DNA from: Abyssibacter sp.
GTDB lineage: Bacteria; Pseudomonadota; Gammaproteobacteria; Nevskiales; OUC007
NCBI GenBank assembly: GCA_023146115.1
Contig: JAGLCS010000086.1
Location: 50,605-114,604, forward strand
Direction: 5' to 3'
DNA length: 64,000 nt
Below the pieces are notes generated by a model, which had not been told where the DNA came from, ran no database searches, and saw only the letters and a list, made by a program, of their open reading frames with translations. Within the stretch, counting starts at the first letter, position 1. Every line of letters begins with the position of its first letter. A program made the translations under genes and the position numbers. This document shows, one piece after another, positions 57,402 through 64,000 of this stretch.

Positions 57402-57860
57402 TTGATCGGGTTCGCCCTGGCGCTGGCCTGGGCCGTGTGGGCGGGCTGCATCGGCGCTCTGGACGTCCGTAGCCGACGTGTGTCCAATCGGTGGTTCGTC
57501 GGAGCGCTTCCTCTCGCGCTAGGAACCTTGTGGCATCGTCATCCCTCGATCAACCTGGCGTTGCTGATGGGTGGCGCTGGGCTGACGGTCGCGCTCGCGT
57601 TGAACCTGCCGGCGTGGTTGCGCGGTTGGACGGGGGGCGCGGACGTCAAGGCCTATGCCCTCGTCGGCCTTGGCTTCGGAGCATGGCATTTGCTGGAAAT
57701 ATTTCTCGCAACGTCGCTATTGTTCGGTTTGGCTGCATTGGCCTTCTGGCTGCGCGGTGGGGTTAAACCCAAGCGGTTGGCGATGTTGCCCGCCCTCGGT
57801 ATCAGCCTGTGTGCTTGGCTCGTCTCGGGGCCGTGGTGGTGGGGAGATAAGCTGTTTTGA
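57402..57860 (+). CDS. cpaA: A24 family prepilin peptidase (CpaA/TadV)
   Basis: Lies in the frame of track ORF 57327..57860, but the ATG at 57327 overlaps flp, so a TTG near 57402 is proposed and the start is uncertain. Polytopic, with the two Asp contexts GALDVRSRRVSN and GGADVKA. Confidence 0.68.
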   Translation: MIGFALALAWAVWAGCIGALDVRSRRVSNRWFVGALPLALGTLWHRHPSINLALLMGGAGLTVALALNLPAWLRGWTGGADVKAYALVGLGFGAWHLLEIFLATSLLFGLAALAFWLRGGVKPKRLAMLPALGISLCAWLVSGPWWWGDKLF

Positions 57861-58366
57861 CTAGACCGGCTCGACAACTCGATTCTTGTAATCGATCCCG
57901 ACAGCGAGGGGCGACGGCGCTGGAGTTCGCGTTCGTCTTTCCGCTGCTGTTTCTGTTGATGTACGGCATCTTGGTCTACGCCTATATCTTCCTGCTCACC
58001 GAATCGTTGACCTTTGTGGCGCAAGAAGCCGCTGAGTCCGCCGTCGCAGTCGACCCTGTAAACAACGAGAACTATGAGTCGCAAGTGCAACAACGTGCAC
58101 AACAAACGGCTTCGACCCTGCTAGAGTGGCTGCCGGGCGATCAGCGGGAATTGGTCGTCGGATCGAGCGGGGAACTTGTTGACGTTGCGCTGGTTCCCCA
58201 GGGTGGTCAGCGGTTTGTGCGGGTTCGTCTTGAGTTCGTGATCTCGGACTTATTCCCGTCAATAACCCTACCCCTGGTCGGGCAGGCCCCGCCGATGCCA
58301 GAGGTGCTGCGGGCGGAGGCCTCAGCGCTTGTGGATGCGGCACGAGCCGAACCGGGAGACAGTTGA
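57857..58366 (+). CDS. TadE/TadG-like pseudopilin / pilus assembly protein
   Basis: 169 aa. N-terminal TadE motif RGATALEFAFVFPLLFLLMYGIL. The start overlaps the cpaA stop. Confidence 0.7.
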   Translation: MTRPARQLDSCNRSRQRGATALEFAFVFPLLFLLMYGILVYAYIFLLTESLTFVAQEAAESAVAVDPVNNENYESQVQQRAQQTASTLLEWLPGDQRELVVGSSGELVDVALVPQGGQRFVRVRLEFVISDLFPSITLPLVGQAPPMPEVLRAEASALVDAARAEPGDS

Positions 58367-58442
58367 TCGTGGCCCGCAGCTTTGGCGGGTGATTCGATCG
58401 CGGCGTAGTGGAGTACGAAAGACGTGAGCAGGGGAGAGCGGC

Positions 58443-59324
58443 GTGAGTAGTTCAGCGATGAAGGTCCTGGCCATTGTCATGCTGGTCATCGCAGGCATCG
58501 CCGGTGTGATCGCTTATCGCATGAGCGTGGAATACGCGCGGACGCCGGAGCCGCTGCCGGACGCCACCGAGGCTGAAGAAGTGATCCCGACCACGCTCGT
58601 GGTCGTTGCATTGAAGCCGTTGGCCGCAAACGCACAGATCCAGCGTGACGATGTGGCGCTAACGCCTGTCACGATCGCTCCACAGCGATACTTCGCCAAT
58701 GCGGATGACGTGGTGGGACGAGTTCCACTGGTCGATATCGATGCCGGAGCACCGGTCACACCGCGCTATTTCCGCGACGCCAATGTGCTCGCGCGCATTA
58801 TTCCCGCAGGCAGCAAGGCCATGTCGCTGCAAATTGACGAGGTCGTGGCAGTGGGCGGTTTCGTACGCCCGGGGGATACGGTCGACGTGTTGGTTTTCCT
58901 GCGCGGATCGGGTGGTGACGATGCGCAGGCCAGAACGCTGCTACGAGAAGCGCTGATTCTTGGCTACGAGGAACGGGTCATCGACCGGCCGCAGGGGGTG
59001 GAGGACACCTCTGGAAACCGGCGCCAACGCATTCGCACCGCTGTAGTGGCAGTTCCCGACAACGACGTTACGCGGGTCATGTTGGGTGCCAGTCTGGGTG
59101 AAATTCGCCTGGCCTTGCATGGGCAAGTCGACGCAGATTCCAGCAGCGGCTCCGCCGGATTGCCGCTGGCGCAGACCACGACAACGCGGGCAGCGGTGTC
59201 GGACGACGTCGTTACCCGGGAAGAGTTGATCGGTATCGAGAAGAAGAAGCCCGCGACAGAGGCGCGGACGCAGGTGCCGGTCTACGTCTACAAGGCGAAC
59301 GAATTGGAGTCCGTCCGACCATGA
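58443..59324 (+). CDS. cpaB: Flp pilus assembly protein CpaB/RcpC
   Basis: 293 aa. N-terminal TM anchor, SAF-like region (LKPLAANAQIQRDDV) and an RcpC-type C-terminal domain. Confidence 0.8.
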   Translation: MSSSAMKVLAIVMLVIAGIAGVIAYRMSVEYARTPEPLPDATEAEEVIPTTLVVVALKPLAANAQIQRDDVALTPVTIAPQRYFANADDVVGRVPLVDIDAGAPVTPRYFRDANVLARIIPAGSKAMSLQIDEVVAVGGFVRPGDTVDVLVFLRGSGGDDAQARTLLREALILGYEERVIDRPQGVEDTSGNRRQRIRTAVVAVPDNDVTRVMLGASLGEIRLALHGQVDADSSSGSAGLPLAQTTTTRAAVSDDVVTREELIGIEKKKPATEARTQVPVYVYKANELESVRP

Positions 59325-60676
59325 GTGTCACCGAAAAATGGTTGCCCCGGTGGGTCGTGGGCCTGGGGTTGGTTGTTCTGCTGGCTGGGCCCGCCCTGGC
59401 GTACCTGCCCAAGGACCATGTTCTTCTGGTCGAGAAGGGGACGCACCAGCTGTTGCGGCAACCCTCCGAGATTGAGCGTGTGGCGGTGGGCGACCCAAGC
59501 GTGGCAGACGTCAACGTGATTAACCGCCGCGAGGTCCTGGTCACCGGCAAGTCGCTGGGCATCACCAGTCTGATGGTCTGGGGCAAGAACGCCGGCGTGC
59601 CGCGTGAATACCGTGTGTCCGTTCGCGAAGCCTCCGACCCGACGCAGAGCCTGCCCGCCGATCCGGACATGGGCCGGGCTAAGATCGTGCCGGGTAAGGG
59701 GTTGTCCGGGGAATTGCCCAGTTTGGCCGCGCATCAGCGGGCCAGGGCGAAGAGCGCCGGCTCGGGAGACAATCCCACGATCGACGCTTCTACCGTCGCG
59801 ATCGAAACGCAGGTGCACGCGGCCATCAAGATCGTTGAAGTGAGTCGCACGACGCTGAAGCAGTTCGGTTTTAACTTCATCAAGAATTCGCTTAACACGA
59901 CCGTGACCGTGTCGCCCCCCGGCACGCTGGGCTCCATCGTGCAGAACAACGAGTTGGGTAACTTCGAGCTGAGTTCAAATTCCGGATTCCGCGCCGTGCA
60001 GGATGCCTTCCAACTCGCCATCGGCGATGCGACGAACAGCGTGCTCGGCGTGATTAGCCTGCTCGAGCGTCGTGGCTTGGCTCGCACGTTGGCTGAACCC
60101 AGCTTGGTGGCCGCTAGTGGGCAGCAGGCCAGCTTCCTGGCGGGCGGCGAGTTTCCGATTCCCGTGGTCCAGGGCAATAGCAATGCGGTGTCCGTGGAGT
60201 TCAAGGAATTTGGTGTGCGGCTGACGATCAGCCCCACGGTGTTGTCAGCCGATCGCATCGCGCTGAAGGTGGCGCCTGAGGTCAGCGAACTGGATTTCAA
60301 TTCCGGCTTTCAATCCGGTGGGGTCGCGGTACCGGGTCTGGCCGTCCGTCGCACCGACACGACGATCGAGCTCGGCGATGGAGAGAGTTTCGTCATCAGC
60401 GGCCTGATCAGCAATCGGTTGCAATCGAGTGTGGACAAGATTCCGTTTCTGGGCGATGTGCCAATTCTGGGGGCGTTTTTTCGCAGCAGTCAGTACACCC
60501 GGGACGAGCGCGAACTCATCATGGTGGTGACACCGACCATTGTGCGCCCCTTGGCGGCGGGCGCGCGTACCCCCGCATTGCCCGGCGCGGAACTGGATGG
60601 ATACAAGCCCAGCTTTGGCGAATTGTTGCTGTTGGAAAAAGGCCGGTTCGGAAGCGGCTCCGGATTCTCCGAGTAA
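59321..60676 (+). CDS. cpaC: Tad secretin CpaC/RcpA
   Basis: 451 aa. BON-like N-terminal block (VAVGDPSVADVNVINRREVLVTGKSLGITSLMVW) and secretin core (LAEPSLVAASGQQASFLAGGEFPIPV ... IPFLGDVPILGAFFRS ... ELIMVVTPTIV). Confidence 0.87.
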   Translation: MSVTEKWLPRWVVGLGLVVLLAGPALAYLPKDHVLLVEKGTHQLLRQPSEIERVAVGDPSVADVNVINRREVLVTGKSLGITSLMVWGKNAGVPREYRVSVREASDPTQSLPADPDMGRAKIVPGKGLSGELPSLAAHQRARAKSAGSGDNPTIDASTVAIETQVHAAIKIVEVSRTTLKQFGFNFIKNSLNTTVTVSPPGTLGSIVQNNELGNFELSSNSGFRAVQDAFQLAIGDATNSVLGVISLLERRGLARTLAEPSLVAASGQQASFLAGGEFPIPVVQGNSNAVSVEFKEFGVRLTISPTVLSADRIALKVAPEVSELDFNSGFQSGGVAVPGLAVRRTDTTIELGDGESFVISGLISNRLQSSVDKIPFLGDVPILGAFFRSSQYTRDERELIMVVTPTIVRPLAAGARTPALPGAELDGYKPSFGELLLLEKGRFGSGSGFSE

Positions 60677-60678
60677 CG

Positions 60679-61863
60679 ATGGCCATGAAAACACAAGCCA
60701 TTCTTGTCGCGACCGACCCGGTCTACGCACATTGGTTAAGCGAGGCCCTGGGCGGTGGTGTCGAGGTGCACTTGGTGCGCGGTCTCGCGTCGATGCCGGA
60801 CGTCGGCCGTGTCGGTCTGGCGTTCGTGGAAGTCGATCCGGAGAACCCCGGCACTGGTGCGCAGCAGGTCGATCAGCTGCTTGCACGCCACCCCGACGTG
60901 CCGGTGTTTGCGGTGGGCGCGGAGTCGTCATCCGAGGCGGTGCTAACCGCCGTGCGGGCCGGGGCGCGTGATTACTTCGTTCTCAATAAGGACAACGACA
61001 ACCTGGCCGGGCTGGTGGGCAAGGTCCTCCGGCGGTCATCGGCGGGCGCTCGAGGCAATGATCAGGCTCGCCTGTACAGTTTGGTGAGCGCCGCGCCCAG
61101 CGATGGTGTCGCATTTCTCGGAGGGCATCTGGCACTTGCCTTGGCAGACCGCGCACCGCCGGGCGAGCGTGTTCTGCTGATCGACCTCGCCAGCCCCGTC
61201 GGTGCGTCGCTGGTGTACTTCAATGTCAATCAAACCTATACGCTGCTAGACGCGTTGCACGACGTTTATCGATGCGATCAAACCTTGATCGATACCGCAT
61301 TCTCGCGTCACGAAAGTGGGTTGTATGTATTGTCGCTGAGCGAGGAAACACTGGGATTTCCGTCGCTGGATCAGCAGAGCCTGATCGCGTTGCTGGAAAC
61401 GCTGCGGCTGCATTTCGGCGCGATTGTTTTTGCGGTTGATGCACACATGGCCGTGCCGACGCTGAGCGCAGTGATCACCCAGTCCACGCGTTCATTGTTG
61501 GTCACGGATCAATCCATTCTGCGCAGCCGCCAGAACAAGACACTGTTGCAGGGCCTGCGTGTCGAGGCCTGTGCGTTGGATCGTATGGGCCTGATCATCG
61601 AGAACTATCGATCGCGGCTGGGTTTGACGGCCGACAATCTGGCCGAACTGCTCGACGTGCCGGTGTACGCGACGCTCGGCGGACAGCCGGCGCAACGCAT
61701 CCAGGCCATGAATGCGGGTGAATCTCTATTTTCCCTCGCACCGCGTGATGCTTACGCCCGTGGTGTGCTGGATCTGACGGATCGTCTGGAGCGTTCCGGC
61801 GAAGCCGGCGACCTACTGGCTGCAGCAGGCAGTAGTTGGGCCTCACGCCTGTTCGCGGGCTGA
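60679..61863 (+). CDS. tadZ: TadZ/CpaE-like pilus assembly protein (receiver-like N-domain plus MinD/ParA-like domain with a degenerate P-loop)
   Basis: 394 aa. Position between the secretin and the CpaF ATPase, with a receiver-like N-terminus. The MinD-like domain has SAAPSDGVAF where KGGVGKT is expected. Confidence 0.68.
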   Translation: MAMKTQAILVATDPVYAHWLSEALGGGVEVHLVRGLASMPDVGRVGLAFVEVDPENPGTGAQQVDQLLARHPDVPVFAVGAESSSEAVLTAVRAGARDYFVLNKDNDNLAGLVGKVLRRSSAGARGNDQARLYSLVSAAPSDGVAFLGGHLALALADRAPPGERVLLIDLASPVGASLVYFNVNQTYTLLDALHDVYRCDQTLIDTAFSRHESGLYVLSLSEETLGFPSLDQQSLIALLETLRLHFGAIVFAVDAHMAVPTLSAVITQSTRSLLVTDQSILRSRQNKTLLQGLRVEACALDRMGLIIENYRSRLGLTADNLAELLDVPVYATLGGQPAQRIQAMNAGESLFSLAPRDAYARGVLDLTDRLERSGEAGDLLAAAGSSWASRLFAG

Positions 61864-61864
61864 T

Positions 61865-63088
61865 GTGCGAATGGCCGCGCAGGAAGAACAGCGGTTCCGA
61901 CTCTCGGAGCAGTATCAGTCACTGAAGTCGGCGCTTCATCGGCACCTGATCGATCTGATTGACGAGCGGAATCTGGATATCGACGCGATGTCCTACGCGC
62001 AGGTTCGGCAGCTGTGTCTGGAGCAGGTTCGGCGTTACGTCGTCGACCACAAGCTGCCGGTGAACCAGCGTGAGGTGGAGATTCTCTCAACCGATGCGCG
62101 CCACGAATTGATCGGCTACGGGCCGATCCAAGACCTGGTTGATGACGACGATATCGACGACATCGTCGTCAACGGTCCGGGCCAGGTTTTCGTCGAGCGC
62201 GCCGGTCGGCTGGAAGAAGTCGCGCTGCGGTTCATGGACGATGCCCATGTGGTGCGCGTGATCCAGCGGATTCTTGCTCCGCTCGGTCGCCGCGTCGATG
62301 AATCGACACCGATGGTTGATGCGCGGCTGCCTGATGGCTCGCGAGTCAATGCCATCATTCCGCCGATTGCCCTGAACGGCCCTTGCGTGTCCATTCGAAA
62401 ATTTCGCAAGCGACCGTTGACCAGTGACGAGTTACGCCACAACGGCACATTGAATGCCGAATTGCTCGAGTACTTGCAACTGCGGGTGCGGAACCGCGCC
62501 AACTTGCTCGTGGTCGGCGGCACGGGGTCCGGCAAGACCACCTTGCTTAATCTGTTGTCGTCATGGATACCGAATGCCGAGCGAGTCGTGACCATCGAGG
62601 ACGCGGCGGAGCTGCGTCTTGATCACGCCCATACCGTGCGCTTGGAGTCGCGCCCGCCCAACTTGGAAGGGGAGCGGGCGATTACTACCCGTGATCTCGT
62701 GCGCAATGCGTTGCGCATGCGGCCGGACCGCATCATCGTCGGCGAGGTTCGCGGTGACGAGGTGCTGGACATGCTTCAGGCGATGAATACCGGGCATGAC
62801 GGCTCGATGACGACCCTGCACGCCAATGGCTGCCAGGACGCCATTCACCGCCTCGAGTTGCTGGCCGGGTTCGCGGGATTCACCGGCAGCGAAGTGACCC
62901 TGCGGGGGCAGGTTGTCAGCGCCATTGATCTGATGGTTCACGTGTCGCGAATGCCGTCGGGCGAACGCCGCGTGCTGTCTGTCACCGAGATCGAGGGCAT
63001 GCGTGGCACGGATGTCCAGCTGGCGGATGTCTTCCGTTTCGACCTTGACCGCCAGCAGCACGTTGACGTGCGCAGTCAGGCCCATTGA
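61865..63088 (+). CDS. cpaF: CpaF/TadA family secretion ATPase
   Basis: 407 aa. Walker [10 protein letters not shown], Asp box, Walker B IIVGEVRG and His box [13 protein letters not shown]. Confidence 0.93.
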   Translation: MRMAAQEEQRFRLSEQYQSLKSALHRHLIDLIDERNLDIDAMSYAQVRQLCLEQVRRYVVDHKLPVNQREVEILSTDARHELIGYGPIQDLVDDDDIDDIVVNGPGQVFVERAGRLEEVALRFMDDAHVVRVIQRILAPLGRRVDESTPMVDARLPDGSRVNAIIPPIALNGPCVSIRKFRKRPLTSDELRHNGTLNAELLEYLQLRVRNRANLLVVGGTGSGKTTLLNLLSSWIPNAERVVTIEDAAELRLDHAHTVRLESRPPNLEGERAITTRDLVRNALRMRPDRIIVGEVRGDEVLDMLQAMNTGHDGSMTTLHANGCQDAIHRLELLAGFAGFTGSEVTLRGQVVSAIDLMVHVSRMPSGERRVLSVTEIEGMRGTDVQLADVFRFDLDRQQHVDVRSQAH

Positions 63089-64000
63089 TGGTGGTCGTGA
63101 TTGGCATCGTCGTCGCCCTAGTCGCAATCGCGGGAGCCCTGTGGTTGCTCGCCTCCGCGCGCCAGCGCGAGGAGCGCGAAGACGTGCTGCTGCGCCTGCG
63201 GGCCATCGGTGGCGGGGCGGGCGACGTGCATGTGCGTCGTATCAAGACCTCGGATATCCGCAATCCCCTGGTGCGCGTATTGACCCACCAGTTCTGGCGG
63301 GCCGGGTTGCAGGCCGATCCCGGCCGAGTTCGCAATATGCTCTTGATCGCGCTCGGCGTGGCGGCGCTGGCCGCGATCATCGGTGGGTTGCTGGTGGCGG
63401 TCTTGCTCGTCGCTGTCGCGTTGCTGGCCCTCTACGCATTTCTGTCGCGGCGATCCGTGGCTCGGCGCGCGGCCATTCTTGAGCAGTTACCTGATTTTCT
63501 CGATCAGATACTTCGTGCCCTGTCGGCCGGTAATTCGTTGGAGGAGTCCCTGGCGGAAGCGGCGCGCGAGGCGCGTGAGCCCGTGCGCGATGTCTTCATG
63601 ACCGTTAGCCGTCAGGTTCGACTGGGCGCGCCGGTCGAAGAAGCATTGGCGCGCCAGGGAGAGATTCACGAGATCAGCGATCTGCATGTGCTGGCGATGG
63701 CTGCGAGTGTGAACCGACAGTACGGCGGCAGTCTGCGCCGCATTCTCAAGAGCTTGATCCATGCCATTCGCAGCCGCGATTCGGCGGCCCGGGAGTTGCG
63801 GGCGTTGACGGCAGAAACCCGCTTGTCGGCAGCGGCACTCGTGTTCATCACGGTCGGGCTTACGGTTTATGTGCTGACTCAGAATCCGGACTATTACCGC
63901 GAGATGTGGGGGCAGATCGGCACCCGCTTGATGTTGTTGGCCTCGGTGTTGCTTCAGGCGGTCGGGATCGTCGTGATCTACTCCATGGTCCGTTCTTCGC
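63088..64000 (+). CDS. tadB: TadB (type II secretion system F family) inner-membrane platform protein; the 3' end lies beyond the window
   Basis: Not in the track because it has no stop in the window. The ATG overlaps the cpaF stop (TGATG). My translation gives [29 protein letters not shown]...LPDFLDQILRALSAGNSLEESLAEAAREAREPVRDVF...LRALTAETRLSAAALVFITVGL..., a T2SSF-type sequence. Confidence 0.8.
   Translation, partial: MVVVIGIVVALVAIAGALWLLASARQREEREDVLLRLRAIGGGAGDVHVRRIKTSDIRNPLVRVLTHQFWRAGLQADPGRVRNMLLIALGVAALAAIIGGLLVAVLLVAVALLALYAFLSRRSVARRAAILEQLPDFLDQILRALSAGNSLEESLAEAAREAREPVRDVFMTVSRQVRLGAPVEEALARQGEIHEISDLHVLAMAASVNRQYGGSLRRILKSLIHAIRSRDSAARELRALTAETRLSAAALVFITVGLTVYVLTQNPDYYREMWGQIGTRLMLLASVLLQAVGIVVIYSMVRSS

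Noticed and set aside
57053-64000. The Tad/Flp locus considered as a horizontally acquired widespread colonisation island
   Set aside because: No integrase, tRNA attachment site, direct repeats or obvious compositional break are visible at the left boundary, where apaH abuts directly. The right boundary is outside the window, so island status cannot be supported.
1-64000. A search for CRISPR arrays, rRNA/tRNA genes, transposases, integrases, toxin-antitoxin pairs and recognisable defence-system genes
   Set aside because: None were seen. All intergenic gaps other than 27953-28365 are under 300 nt and contain only hairpins or promoter-like elements. A computational tRNA and Rfam scan would be needed to exclude small RNAs.

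Overview
The window looks like a 64 kb piece of high-GC gammaproteobacterial chromosome. The synteny blocks rho-trxA-rhlB, pilS-pilR next to sucCD, and bamD-rluD-pgeF resemble Xanthomonadales/Nevskiales-type genomes, but this taxonomic call is low-confidence inference. I call 54 protein-coding genes and found no rRNA, tRNA, CRISPR array, transposase or integrase. Most long ORFs in the track that lie antisense to these genes are high-GC shadow ORFs. Several track ORFs also carry spurious N-terminal extensions, so I re-called those starts by counting residues from the track coordinates.

Gene content, left to right:
- A NodT-MFP-RND efflux operon, with the pump truncated at the window edge.
- An MscS-family channel and the first of two Tat-signal PhoD phosphatases.
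- Two tandem secreted S9 peptidase paralogs.
- An amidase, an esterase and an iron-type alcohol dehydrogenase.
- A MATE transporter, a BI-1/YccA protein and the second PhoD, with a good Pho-box match in its upstream region.
- Dodecin, a DUF938 protein and a CNNM protein.
- A lipoprotein with a collagen-like GXY run fused to a choice-of-anchor-I-type domain.
- A DUF1499 protein, a host-attachment protein, an unassigned lipoprotein and a GNAT acetyltransferase.
- rho (with a 134-aa disordered N-terminal extension), trxA and rhlB.
- A HAD nucleotidase and cysQ, followed by an uncharacterised co-directional string: membrane protein, DinB-like protein, membrane-anchored ATP-grasp, strictosidine-synthase-like protein and HIT protein.
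- slyX, then pilS-pilR followed by a REC/HD-GYP regulator.
- sucCD, nadE, bamD, rluD and pgeF.
- A four-gene envelope module: DUF1302 barrel, DUF1329, Ycf48-like propeller and an MMPL-like RND protein.
- apaH, then the start of a Tad/Flp pilus locus (flp, tadV, tadE-like, cpaB, cpaC, tadZ, cpaF, tadB) that runs off the right edge.

The best candidates for an under-described system are the DUF1302/DUF1329/propeller/RND module and the cysQ-downstream ATP-grasp string. All functional calls come from reading motifs by eye, since no searches could be run. Coordinates of small hairpins and repeats may be off by 1-2 nt.
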